DNA of 64,000 nt, taken from positions 42,346,001 through 42,410,000 of the forward strand of contig OX597828.1 in assembly GCA_951406725.2 (NCBI GenBank). Reading direction: 5' to 3'. Under the pieces are notes generated by a model. It made no database searches, was not told the DNA's origin, and was given only the letters and a program-made list of their open reading frames with translations. Positions 27,609 to 40,935 of the stretch are shown here, in pieces; positions within the stretch are counted from its first letter, which is position 1; every line of letters starts with the position of its first letter. The stretch comes from Octopus vulgaris (taxonomy: Eukaryota). The translations under genes were made by a program, and so were the position numbers.

Positions 27609-27612
<4 letters not shown>
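26156..27612. mobile_element. Partial tandem (~1.7 copies) of a ~860 bp non-coding element
   Basis: 26156-26751 is near-identical to 27016-27612. (TA)n on both sides. Confidence 0.8.
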
Positions 27613-27649
<37 letters not shown>

Positions 27650-27896
27650 TCATATGTGCGTATGTGTGTATGTGTGGGCGTGTTTGTGCCCATTAAGCGC
27701 AGGAGTGCGAGAGGTTAAGAACTACGGGTTGATCCGAGTTCGATCCATTGAAAACTTGCTCAAGGCTTGTGCTTCAACCGTAGCCTCTGGCTGAACTGTG
27801 TCTCGATACACACGAACTGTGCGCACATGTATGCCGGTGGGTGTGTCTGTCTGTATGTAGAGAGAGACAGACAGACAGACAGACAGGGGGTGAGAG

Positions 27897-27942
<46 letters not shown>

Positions 27943-28242
27943 ATAGATAGATAGAGACATACATACTTATATACACATACATAGTTATAGGTATATGATA
28001 TATTTTAATGTATATAAGTATATATACGCATACAGATACACATAGTTTATTCAAATATGATGTATGAACAGTTAATTAAATAATTAAATATTATACGCAT
28101 TAAACTTGATACTGAGTTATTTAACGTTGTTTGTGTATAATACATTGAATTGAACATATACATGTATATACTGATATATATATAATATATATATATATAC
28201 ATATATTACATCTATATACATACATATAAACATATTTATATA

Positions 28243-28274
<32 letters not shown>

Positions 28275-28335
28275 CTCATACTACATATATATGTATATAT
28301 ATATGTATATATATGTATATATATACATATGTGTG

Positions 28336-28388
<53 letters not shown>

Positions 28389-29063
28389 GTGAGTGTGTGT
28401 GCGTGTGTGTGTATAATGCAATTATTGAAAATTATGCTAAATCCAAATCGTAATCATAACAATTAATCCCTCAGTTTTGGTATAAAGCGTTATGTAATAT
28501 ATTTAATCGTTAACTCCGAGTTTGAAAAACAGGTGGTGACCTGTGATATTGCCATGTATTAATATCAGTCATGACCCCCTGACCTGTGAACCATGAATCA
28601 TGACCCGTGACTCTCCTCATTAGAATTTGTATGTGTATGTGTGTGTGTGTGTGTTTGTGTGTGATTGGGGGTTGTGTAGTAAATTCTGTCGACAGTGTTA
28701 GATGCAATTGCCAGGTATTATTGCTAAGTCTGTGTGTCTTTGTTCTGAGTTCGATTCCAGCCGAGCTCTACATCATCGTTCATTCATATTGCAGAATGTT
28801 GGTGGAGCTGCTGCTGCTGCTAGTGCTTGTGGGTCTATAAAATGCATATCACTGATCGGTTAGAATCAATCGATCAATACTGATCGATTAAAGCTGTGGT
28901 CAACAGCGGTCTAGCCTTGACTATTCCTGCCTTTCATTATCGATTTTGGGTGTTTTTCTGCTGCAAAAATGCTGGACTGTATAAAGCAATCATGGGCGAA
29001 TTGTGGCTCATGGGCCGCATACAGCCTGCAGTTCTTTCTGAACGGTACATCTAACGAAAAATT

Positions 29064-29452
29064 ACTCTTTTACTTGCTTCAGTCATTTGACTGCGGCCAT
29101 GCTGGCGTACCGCCTTTAGTCGAGCAAATCGACCCCAGGACTTATTCTTTGTAAGCCTAGTACTTATTCCATCGATCTCTTATGCTGAACCGCTAGGTTA
29201 CGGGGACGTAAACACACCAGCATCGGTTGTCAAGCGATGTTGGGGGGACAAACACACACACACACACATATATACATATACATATATACGACGGGCTTCT
29301 TTCACTCTCCGTCTACAAAATCCACTCACAAGGCTTTGGTCAGCCCAAGACTATAGCTAGAAAACACTTGCAGAAGATGCCACACGGTGGGACTGAACCC
29401 GGAACCATGTGGTTCGTAAGCAAGCTACTTACCACACAGCCAATCTTGCACC
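29064..29452 (-). mobile_element. SINE family A
   Basis: Full-length reverse complement. Confidence 0.9.
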
Positions 29453-29724
29453 TTACCCTTTTCTTTTTTCTTTTTTTTTTTTTGTAGTGCGGCCCACCTG
29501 ATTGATGATCCTTGTCTCATGCAGCCCGCTTCCCGAGAAAGGCTGCCTATGCTATAAAAGATCCAAAATTTGTTATTGCCAGGCAAAAATACCTTCCTGT
29601 AATTTTTCCTGTTCTTCACGTTCTGTGTTCTAATCCTGCTGGGATCAGCTTTAACTTGTACCCTTCTAGGGGTCAATAAAGTAAAGTACCAGCCAAGTAA
29701 TAGGGTCAATTTAATCGTCTAGAA

Positions 29725-30015
29725 CAGTGGTTTCCAAAGTGGGCGGTACTACCCCTACCCCCTGTGGGCGGTGGAAAGATCAAGAGAGGTATTGAAGAAA
29801 AGTAGGGCAATAATAGGGTGGCCAAAAGGGGGCGATGGATGTACTCCCCGCCAACAAAAAAATAATGATTTAAGTTATATTTGTCAAATACTGTTGTTTT
29901 GAATTTGCTGCAGGAAGAGGTCTACGTTTATCGTACTGAGTTGGAGGAGAGGTGACGCTAGAAATGTGGCTCGATGTCAAGGGGGCGGCAGCCGGAAGAA
30001 GTTTGGGAACCAGTG
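29725..30015. mobile_element. hAT (Charlie-like) MITE with an 8 bp TSD
   Basis: TIRs cagtggtttccaaa / tttgggaaccagtg. Exact TSD gtctagaa at 29717-29724 and 30016-30023. Confidence 0.9.
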
Positions 30016-30023
30016 GTCTAGAA

Positions 30024-30621
30024 CTGTGGTTCTCATCCGGAATACATGTGGCCCTTGCGGGGTCCATATAAAATTTCATTGTTAAAATCTATCTGCCATA
30101 AATTGCTCACTTCTTCAATGCACGAAATATTTAAAGACTTTTATACAATTCTTTTACTTGTTTCAGTCAGTTGACTGTGGTCATGCTGGAGCACCGCCTT
30201 TAGTCGAGCAAATCGACCTCAGGACTAGTACTTATTCTATCGCTAAGTGATGGGGACGTAAACACACCAGCATCGGTTGGGGGGGGGACAAACATAGACA
30301 CTCACACACATATATTTATATATATATACAACGGGCTTCTTTCAATTTCCGTCTACCAAATCCATTCACAAGGCTTTGGTCGGCCCGGGGCTTTAATAGA
30401 AGACACTTGCCCAAGGTACCACGAATTGGGACTGAACCCGGAACCATGTAAGTAAGCTACTTACCACACAACTACTCCTGCGCATTAATTCCTTATAACA
30501 ATTAATTATAAAAATACAATAGTATTTTTTAAATATATACAGTGAGTGGATATGAAGGTCCATCTGAGTAAAATAGGAATCAAAGTGGTTCGTGGGTAAA
30601 AAAAGTGGTTGAGGTCCACTG
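30024..30621. mobile_element. Older hAT MITE interrupted by SINE A
   Basis: Ends ctgtggttctcatcc / ggttgaggtccactg. Confidence 0.6.
30150..30483 (-). mobile_element. SINE family A (internal deletions)
   Basis: Tail cttgtttcagtcagttgactgtggtcatgctggagcaccgcc through to head actcctgcgc. Confidence 0.85.
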
Positions 30622-31032
30622 GTCCAAATGCCAAATGAATTTGAAGCCATGTTTATTTTATTAATCATCGGAAGAAAGAAAATTAAAGATGACTTTGTTG
30701 GGATTCGAACTGAGAACGGAAAGCGATTCTGCCATCTCACTGCCTTTTACATTTTGTAACACGGGCAGGCATTAGGGAGGGACCATTCGATGGAATAGAA
30801 ACGTCTAGCAAGAATGGCGATTTGGTGAAATCATTAAAGCGTCTGGAAAAATACTTTGCAGGAATGGCTGTGTGGTAAGTAGCTTGCTTACCAAGCACAT
30901 GGTTCCGGGTTCTGTCCCACTGCGTGTCACTTTGGGCAAATGTCTTCTCCTATAGCCTCGGGCCGACCAAAGCCTTGTGAGTGGATTTAGTAGACGGAAA
31001 CTGAAAGAAGCCTGTCATATATATATATATAT

Positions 31033-31247
31033 TCAAAATGTGACCGCGTGTGTACCGTTGGCGATTTTTTTCCTCCGTCTTTCCTTCTCTGGATCTTTCC
31101 TTTTCCTATGTTTCTGACGAAGAGCTCCGCTCGAAACGTTAAACCCTCCTTCTTCACTTCCTTCCTGAGCGTCCAATAATAATATATTTGGTCCACGTCC
31201 TCGCTTTGTTGTGTTTTCTCTTTGTGGTTTCATGTTTGGATTAACTT
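31033..31247 (+). mobile_element. Short hammerhead-bearing element (best-preserved copy)
   Basis: About 215 bp, closely similar to 34410-34597, with (TA)n on both sides. Confidence 0.8.
31110..31144 (+). ncRNA. Minimal type I hammerhead ribozyme motif
   Basis: GTTT-CTGACGA-A-GAGC-tcc-GCTC-GAA-ACGT-T-AAAC: stem I, intact core, stem II, palindromic mini stem III, and a GUU site. Confidence 0.75.
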
Positions 31248-31279
<32 letters not shown>

Positions 31280-31637
31280 TGTATATGTTTGTGTGTCAGT
31301 GTTTGTCCTCCTCAACATCGCCTGACAGCCGAGGCTGGTGTGCTTACGTACCCGTCACTTAGCGGTTCGGCAAGAGAGACCGACAGAATAAGTACTAGGC
31401 TTACAAAGAATAAGTCCTGGGGTCGATTTGCTCGACTAAAGGCGGTGCTCCAGCATGGCCGCAGTCAAATGACTGAAACAAATAAAAGAAAGATATCTCT
31501 TCCAGATGTTTACGTCTTCAGTTCAAGTCCCACAGAGGTTAGCTTACAGTACTAGTGAAATACTGGGGTCTATTCCATCGGCTGGTCCCCTCCTCAATAT
31601 TTCCGACCTTATTCCTGTCTGTATTAGAAATTACAAA

Positions 31638-32045
31638 AGGCGGTGAGATGGCAGAATCGTTAGAGCGTTTGACAAACACCTCTTTCCGTTCACAGTTCGA
31701 ATCCCATCAAAGTCATCGTTACTTTTTTTTTTTTCTTCCGGTGATTAATAAAATAAAGAACCAATCAAGTTCTGCGATCGATTTAATCAATTAATCCTCC
31801 TCTCTCATCACAAAACAATCTTGGCTGGCTTTCCTACCTATGCTAGCAAAAATCGTAATCAATTATTATGCCATTGTGAAAGAAGGTGAGCTGGCAGAAT
31901 CGTTAGCACACCGGACAAAACACTTAACTGCATTACGTTACGTTCTGAGTTCAAATCCCGCCAAGGTCGACTTTACCTTTCATACTTTCCGGGTGGATAA
32001 AATTTGCACCAGTTGAGCACATGGGTCGATGTAATCGACTAACCT
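31638..32045 (+). mobile_element. Two diverged SINE family B monomers
   Basis: ggcggtgagatggcagaatcgttag (~31639) and ggtgagctggcagaatcgttagcac...gagttcaaatccc (~31885). Confidence 0.7.
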
Positions 32046-32247
32046 GCTAATTCCTAATCAAGCTAGCCTGCTAATCCCTAATCAAGCAGATCCTTGATCA
32101 AAAATAACCTTGCCAACCACGGCCATCACGTCATTTTCCTATATACAGGAAACTGGAGACCAAGTTAGTCAACGTGCTTTGCTTTCCTGTAAGACATTAA
32201 TGTGTGATTTGAAGGATTAGCTGCTACTTTTAGCACGTGGAGCAACC

Positions 32248-32650
32248 GTGGTAAGTGGCTTGTTTACCAACCACATAGTTCCGAGTTCAGTCCCACTGCG
32301 TGGCACCTTGGGCAAATGTCTTCTACTATAGCCTCGAGCCGACCAAAGCCTGGTGAGTGGATTTGGCAGACGGAAACTGAAAGAAGCCCGTCGTATATAA
32401 TATGTATATGAATATATATATATGTGTGTGTGTGTTTGTGTGTCTGTTTTTCTCCCCCCCCCCCACCTCAACATCGCCTGACAACTGATGCTGGTGTGTT
32501 TACGTCACCGTAACTTAGCGGTTCGGCAAAAGAGACCGACAAAATAAGTACTAGGCTTACAAAGAATAAGTCCCGGGGTCGATTTGTTCGACTAAAGGCG
32601 GTGCTCCAGCATGGCCACAGTCAAATGACTGAAACAAGTAAAAGAGTAAA
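32248..32650 (+). mobile_element. SINE family A
   Basis: Core and tail well preserved; 5' end slightly clipped. Confidence 0.9.
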
Positions 32651-33059
32651 AGAGAGTCGCTGGCGCTGTCGATCGGAAAGAATACCTTGGCGTAGTTCAT
32701 TCAGTTCCCTGCGTTCCGAGTTCGCGTTCCACCCAAGACCACTTTACTTGTTATGCCTTCGTGATAATTAAATTAATTGCCAATGAACTAGTGGCGCAAT
32801 TTTTCCTGTCTCTCCTCTTCTCTCTCGTTTTTCTTCTCTCGTTCTCTCTTTCTTTCTCTTTCTTTCCCTGGGAATCGGTAATGTGAAAGGACACAGAACG
32901 ATAGTCTTAAGCCGTGGCCCCCACCACCAATCGATGTACAAGTGTTTTGGAGGCATAACAAGAAAGTAAGAGCGAAAAGAAAGAAAAGAAAGAATGGATA
33001 AGAGAAAGAGAAATGAATGGATATCTGAAGGACATACCGGGGAGGGGGGGAAACATGGC

Positions 33060-33080
33060 AAAGAAAGAATGAATAAATGA

Positions 33081-33116
<36 letters not shown>

Positions 33117-33136
33117 ATGAATGAATGAATGAATGA

Positions 33137-33176
<40 letters not shown>

Positions 33177-33273
33177 AAACAAGAAAGAGAGAAAGAAAGA
33201 GAGAAAGAAAGGAAGAAAGAAAGAGAGAAAGAAAGGAAACAAGAAAGAGAGAAAGAAAGAAAGGAAGAAAGAA
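33060..33273. repeat. (GAAA)n purine tract
   Basis: Directly visible. Confidence 0.95.
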
Positions 33274-33482
33274 CGAAGCGTGTGTGCTTCTGCGTTGCTG
33301 TGGAACGGGTGGTTTATCCTTTTTGTTTTTGTTTTTGTTTTTGACGGACTGGAATGTACAGCATATGTTGTTATGAAGTAGAAGAGACCTTGTTTGGGGT
33401 ACTTCTGAAAGCGAAAGTACCCTGCAAGCACAAAATCATTAATATCTTTTCTCTTTTATGTTTTTTTTTTGTTTTTGTTTAT

Positions 33483-33689
33483 TTACTTGTTTCTGCAGCC
33501 ATACTGGCGCATCGGTTTGAACAATTTTAATGGAATGTACCGATCGACACCAATATGTTTTTAAAGCTTGATGATACTTATTCTAGCGGTATCGTTTGCC
33601 ATACCGCTAAGTTATAGGGTACGTAAAAGCAGCAGCAGCACCGCTGGTGAAGCGTTGGTGGAGGACAAACACAGATATTAAGACAAATA

Positions 33690-33726
<37 letters not shown>

Positions 33727-34113
33727 AAACAAGTCAAAATAGAAAATGCTAAAATAATTTTATAAAGAACATTTCAGTACCGGTTTCGGTCATTTTGAGA
33801 CCTTTTCAACTGTAACGATTAAATAATTAAATTTAGAAAAATTAAAAGAAAAGTTTTTTTAAAGGAATATTTGTATAGTGTTCAAATATAAGTGTTCAAA
33901 TATAGTGTTCAAATATAATCTGCCTTTCTCTGTCTCCCTTGTTTGCACTTGTATATATATATATACAACAGGCTTCTCTCAGTTTCCATTCACCAAATCC
34001 GCCTACAAGGCTTTGGTCGGCCCGAAGCTATATCATGGAAAACACACGCAGTGGAACTGAATCTGGAATCAAGTGGTTGGTAAACAAGCTACTTACCACA
34101 CAGCCACCCCTGC
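33483..34113 (-). mobile_element. Diverged SINE family A with an insertion (~33722-33950) in its (TA)n
   Basis: Tail near 33483 and head at 33965-34113. Confidence 0.7.
33775..33812 (-). ncRNA. Variant minimal hammerhead-like motif
   Basis: CAG-TTGAAAA-GGTC-tcaaaat-GACC-GAA-ACCGGT-A-CTG. All stems are intact but the core deviates from CUGANGA. Confidence 0.5.
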
Positions 34114-34176
<63 letters not shown>

Positions 34177-34349
34177 GTGTGTGTGTGTGTGTGTGTATCC
34201 ATGTATGTGTGTTTATTTATAGGTATGCATACGTATTGCTGCATCAATCTCTTACAATTGACTAGTTTCAGTCAATGGACTGCGGCCACGCTGAGCACTG
34301 CCTTGAAGGGTTCCACTCGTACGAACCCAATCCTTCTGTTTCTTTATCC

Positions 34350-34701
<352 letters not shown>

Positions 34702-35356
34702 CACACACAACACACATTTGCTTTTTTTTAACCACCTTGGTACGATCTCTTTTGCCGTGAACATACACAAACTAACATACATGAGGGTCTTCGTCTCTGT
34801 TTCTGCCTACCAAATCCAGTTACGTGGTTTTGGTCGGCCCCCGTGACTGTAATAGAAGACATTTACCCAAAAATGACACAAAGCGGGACTGAACCCGGAA
34901 CAACATCGTTGGGAAGCATGCAACTAACCACACAGCCACGCCTGCGCCGTGTATGGCTGTCGACATATATATATATGTCGACATATATATATGTTTATAT
35001 ATACAAGCGTGTTTGTATTTTCGTGTATGTATTTGTTTTTATGTGTGTATATATGTGTGTGTAAGTGTATCCTTGCAGATGTGTGTGTATGTATATGTAT
35101 ATATTTATGCATGTGTATGTTTGTGTATCCATGCGTAAAAAATCGCCGTCTAGATCCATGTTGATGCATGCGTATGTACATGTATGTGCTTGTGTGGGAT
35201 TGTGTGTCTATATATATGTGTGTGTAAGTGTATGTGTGTGGTTGTGTGGTTGTGTGTGTGTGTGTGAGTGCGCGCATATACAGTGTGTACCAACGTGTAT
35301 GTCTTGGTATGTGTGCGTTTGTTTGCATATATGAGTGTGGACGTAGTGTGTGTCCA

Positions 35357-35393
<37 letters not shown>

Positions 35394-35513
35394 GCGTAAG
35401 TGTGTGTCCATGTGTGTGTGAGTGCGTGAGTGAGGGCTTGTAGGTTTCCGTGCGGACGCGTACAAGGTCCGTCTGTGTGCGTCTGCACATATGCGTGCGG
35501 GTGCATGCGCATA

Positions 35514-35594
<81 letters not shown>

Positions 35595-35690
35595 GTATAT
35601 ATTCATATATACGTGTGTGTGTGTGCATGTGTGTTTGAGTATGTGTGTAAGATCTGTGCATGCATGTTTGTGTGTTGGAGTCATTACGTC

Positions 35691-35702
35691 TATGTATGTA
35701 TG

Positions 35703-35736
<34 letters not shown>

Positions 35737-35882
35737 TGTATGTATGTATGTATGTATGTATGTATGTATGTATGTATGTATGTATGTATGTATGTATGTA
35801 TGTATGTATGTATGTATGTATGTATGTATGTATGTATGTATGTATGTATGTATGTATGTATGTATGTATGCATGTATGTATG

Positions 35883-35916
<34 letters not shown>

Positions 35917-35938
35917 TGTATGTATGTATGTATGTATG

Positions 35939-36001
<63 letters not shown>

Positions 36002-36018
36002 ATATGTATGTATGTATG

Positions 36019-36052
<34 letters not shown>

Positions 36053-36070
36053 TGTATGTATGTATGTATG

Positions 36071-36104
<34 letters not shown>

Positions 36105-36170
36105 TGTATGTATGTATGTATGTATGTATGTATGTATGTATGTATGTATATATGTATGTATGTATGTATG

Positions 36171-36204
<34 letters not shown>

Positions 36205-36214
36205 TGTATGTATG

Positions 36215-36248
<34 letters not shown>

Positions 36249-36282
36249 TGTATGTATGTATGTATGTATGTATGTATGTATG

Positions 36283-36316
<34 letters not shown>

Positions 36317-36342
36317 TGTATGTATGTATGTATGTATGTATG

Positions 36343-36376
<34 letters not shown>

Positions 36377-36665
36377 TGTATGTATGTATATATGTATGTA
36401 TGTATGTATGCATGTATGTATGTATGTATGTATGTATGTATGTATGTATGTATGTATGTATGTATGTATGTATGTATGTATGTATGTATGTATGTATGCA
36501 TGTATGTATGTATGTATGTATGTATGTATGTATGCATGTATGCTGTATGTATGTATGTATGTATGTATGTATGTATGTATGTATGTATGTATGTATGTAT
36601 GTATGTATGTATGTATGTATGTATGTATGTATGTATGTATGTATGTATGTATGTATGTATGTATG

Positions 36666-36699
<34 letters not shown>

Positions 36700-36852
36700 T
36701 GAATGTATGCATGTATGCATGTATGTATGTATGTATGTATGCATGCATGTATGTATATATGTATGTATGCATGTATGCATGTATGCATGTATGTATGTAT
36801 GTATGTATATATGTATGCATGCATGTATGTATGTATATACGTAGGTATGTAT
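35691..36852. repeat. ~1.15 kb (TATG)n array
   Basis: Directly visible; source of the 400-600 aa HTYI/MYVC pseudo-ORFs. Confidence 0.98.
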
Positions 36853-37185
36853 GAATATATATATGCGTATATATATGTACGTACGGGTGTGTCCGTCTGT
36901 GACTGTGTTGTATGCCGAGTATTGTGTGTCTGTGAGTGTATTCTACTCCGTGCGTGTGCGCATGCACGTGTGTTGTGCGTGTGTGCGAGAAAGTGAGAAA
37001 GAACGTATGTCCCGCCAGTGTTCGCAGTGGCTCTCTTCTCTCTGTGTTCGTGTGTTCGATGCAGCATCGGCGAAGTTGGTTGATGCATGTTTTTGCCGGA
37101 TTCGGGTGTGTGTTGTGTTCGCGCGCGTGGACCAGCGTATCCATCTATCTATTTATCTATTTATTTATCTATCTATCTACCCATC

Positions 37186-37221
<36 letters not shown>

Positions 37222-37279
37222 CTCTATCCCTCTACTCTCTATCCCTCTCTCTATCTATCCCTCTATCTATCTATCTACT

Positions 37280-37320
<41 letters not shown>

Positions 37321-37331
37321 CTATCCATCTA

Positions 37332-37386
<55 letters not shown>

Positions 37387-37556
37387 TCATCCATCCATCA
37401 TTCCATCCATCGAGCTATCCGTCTGTCTGTCTGTCTGTCTATGTATGTATGCATGTATGTACGTATGCATGTATGTATTTATCTATATGTAGACACACGC
37501 ATACACACGAATACACACGAATACACACGAATACATTTATATGCTAAGTTATATCT

Positions 37557-37592
<36 letters not shown>

Positions 37593-37810
37593 AAGCGTAT
37601 GTGAATGTATAGTCTTTTACACGTTTCAGCCATGCGGTCGTGGTCATGCTGCAGCACTACCATCATCTTTCTGACTTCCTCAGTCTGGGTGTTTCATATC
37701 GCCACTCCTGTATGCGCCTTTGTCCCAGCTGTTGGTACATTTGGTGTATATGTATATATATATGTATACAAGCGTACACACAAACACACTTATGTATATG
37801 TATATATATT

Positions 37811-37848
<38 letters not shown>

Positions 37849-37974
37849 TATATATATATACATATATAAACACACACACACACATATATATATACATATA
37901 TAAACACATACATATATATATATGTATGTATATAATTATTAGCGACAGAATCAGTATTAATGCTAACAGATATG

Positions 37975-38089
37975 TGTATGTATGTATGAATGTATGCATG
38001 TATGTATGCATATATGTATGTATGTATGCATATATGTATGTATGTATGCATATATGTATGTATGTATGCATATATGTATGTATGTATGC

Positions 38090-38122
<33 letters not shown>

Positions 38123-38157
38123 TGTATGTATGTATGCATATATGTATGTATGTATGC

Positions 38158-38190
<33 letters not shown>

Positions 38191-38253
38191 TGTATGTATG
38201 TATGTATGTATGTATGTATGTATGTATGTATGCATATATGTATGTATGTATGC

Positions 38254-38286
<33 letters not shown>

Positions 38287-38450
38287 TGTATGAATGTATG
38301 CATGTATGTATGCATATATGCATGTATGTATGCATATATGTATGTATGTATGCATATATGTTTGTATGTATGCATATATGTATGTATGTATGCATATATG
38401 TATGTATGTATGTATGCATATATGTATGTATGTATGTATATGTGTATGTA
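37975..38450. repeat. (TATG)n with a 20 bp higher-order tatgcatatatgtatgtatg unit
   Basis: Directly visible. Confidence 0.95.
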
Positions 38451-38733
38451 TGAGTGTGTATGTTTGTATGTAAATAAGTATGTATGTATGCAGATTTGTA
38501 TATTTTGCTTTATGTGTGTATTCTCATGCATATAGCCACATATCTAAACATGCTCATATATATATTTAAATGATAAACTTCTACAAAGTTTTACAGATTT
38601 TTACAGTTCCAGTGATGGATTGGATCTGTAGTCTTCGAATTAGCTTTCTCCTTTCTGGTTTTGAGAAGCCTAATTTCTCAAGATTGGTATTTAGGCAGTG
38701 GGTTACATATCCCAGGGCCCCAATAATAATATG

Positions 38734-38767
<34 letters not shown>

Positions 38768-38780
38768 TGTATGTATGTAT

Positions 38781-39070
38781 GCTCGTAAAATTAACTTACT
38801 AGTAGCTGAGCACTCCACAAACACGTGTACCCTTAATGTAGTTCTCGGGGAGATTCAGCGTGACACAGAGTGTGACAAGGCTGGCCCTTTGAAATAAAAG
38901 TACAACAGAAACTGGAAGAAAGAATGTGTCACGCTGAATCTCCCCGAGAACTACGTTAAGGGTACACATGTCTGTGGAGTGCCCAGCCACATGCAAGTTA
39001 ATTTCACAAGCAGGCTGTTCCGTTGATCGGATCAACTGGAACCCTCGTCGTCGTAACCGACGGAGTGCCA
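38781..39070. mobile_element. Fold-back pair of SINE D tail segments
   Basis: 38781-38867 and 38925-39012 are imperfect reverse complements, both homologous to 7785-7895/8313-8390. Confidence 0.8.
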
Positions 39071-39114
39071 CATACATATATACATGCATAAATATATATA
39101 TTTTTAATTATATG

Positions 39115-39156
<42 letters not shown>

Positions 39157-39180
39157 AAGAAAGAAAGAAAGAAAGAAAAA

Positions 39181-39325
<145 letters not shown>

Positions 39326-39339
39326 CGCTGGTGGCTTGG

Positions 39340-39425
39340 CCCTGTGGTAAGAAGCTTGCTTCCCAACCACTTGATTCCAAAGCTTTGTGAGTGGATTTGG
39401 CAGACGGAAACTGGAAGAAGTCCGT

Positions 39426-39483
<58 letters not shown>

Positions 39484-39735
39484 TATATATATACACACAT
39501 ATATATATGCGTGTATATACGTGTGTGTATATGTGTGTGCGTGCATGTGTGTGTGCATGTGTATCTTTGTGTCTGTGCTTATCCTCCACCGCTTAACAAT
39601 TGATGTTGGCATCCACGTAACATAGCGGTTCGGCAAAAGGAAACGATAAAATAAATACCCGACCAAAACATTTAAAATAAGTCCTGAGGTCAATTCGTTC
39701 GACTAAAATTCTTCAAGGCGGTGCTCCAGCATGGT
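39340..39735 (+). mobile_element. SINE family A with an internal deletion
   Basis: tgtggtaagaagcttgcttcccaaccac...gtggatttggcagacggaaac...gtgctccagcatgg. Confidence 0.8.
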
Positions 39736-40679
39736 AGCACCCTGATAAAGTTTTAGTGTATCGTTTGGAAATTTTTCCGGAATAGACAATTTATTGTATA
39801 GATTCAGGTACTGTAGTGACCTCTGCCCCTAATAGCTCTGGTACCATCAACCCATTTAGCTCTCCATCTTGTCGCCCACACCTATGGATGCATCAAACCT
39901 CCCTTCTTTGCACTAATCGCTGAACCCAATCCTTCATCCCTCTGAACATCGTTCCTCTGAAATCTTCCCCGACAACCTTATTTGTTTTTCTTGCTAAGCG
40001 TAGGTTGACCTACAACTGTTAAAACGGGAGATTAACAACATGGAGATCACTAGTCCCTGGGGGTCTGCAAGGAGTCATGGGCAAAAATTTAGTGTGATAG
40101 GTTGGGGAATGATGTCCAGTGTGGTTTAGTTCATAACAACTCCGGTGGGTTGTTATGAACGCGAAGAATGTTAAAGAAACTTGCTTTGCAATCATAATGC
40201 CAAGAGATCTTATTTTAGATTGTTTTATGACGAGCATATTCTGTCGTTAGGATAAGCTGATTGATTTGACTTGTGGACTGAGACATTCAAACTCTAAACA
40301 ACCCTACGACGTATGAGGTTTGGTTGTCAAATATAAGACGATAGAGTGTGAGGTGAGGGAAGGCTGGAAAGAGTTTAATTTTGGGGGAAATTTGGGTACT
40401 ACATCTAAATGGAAAGGCTTGATTTGAAGGGGGAATTCGGCTGTTATTTCTAGATAGAGTGATTTCAAGATTATCTGACAACTAAAGACTAAAAACTGTT
40501 TGGCTGTTCTAGCCTAACAAAGAATGGCAGGACAATATTCAAGATGGATTCAGCTGTTGTGCTTCAATTCATCACTCAACGATAAGCGTAAGTTTCGTGT
40601 AGTTGGTACCAGGAAAACTCTTGCGAGGCAAGTATACGGGAATACACACATACACACACACACTCACTCACTCACTCAC

Positions 40680-40711
<32 letters not shown>

Positions 40712-40723
40712 TCACTCACTCAC

Positions 40724-40755
<32 letters not shown>

Positions 40756-40842
40756 TCACTCACACACACACACACACACACACTCACTCACTCACACACA
40801 CACACTCACTCACTCACACACACACACACACTCACTCACTCA

Positions 40843-40935
<93 letters not shown>

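Larger units (their letters stand above)
30858..31490 (+). mobile_element. SINE family A carrying an insertion in its internal (TA)n
   Basis: Head 30858-31016 and tail 31290-31490 are separated by (TA)n, a foreign element and (TA)n. Confidence 0.9.

Noticed and set aside
26156-27612. LTR retrotransposon/TRIM interpretation of the direct repeats
   Set aside because: No TG...CA termini, and no clear PBS, PPT or TSD; the first repeat simply starts within a CT-rich tract.
35433-35470. Short hairpin cttgta...tacaag as a possible pre-miRNA
   Set aside because: Stem too short and interrupted for a confident call.
34924-37144. 400-626 aa ORFs rich in HTYI/MYVC
   Set aside because: Translations of (TATG)n, which lacks stop codons; no protein complexity.
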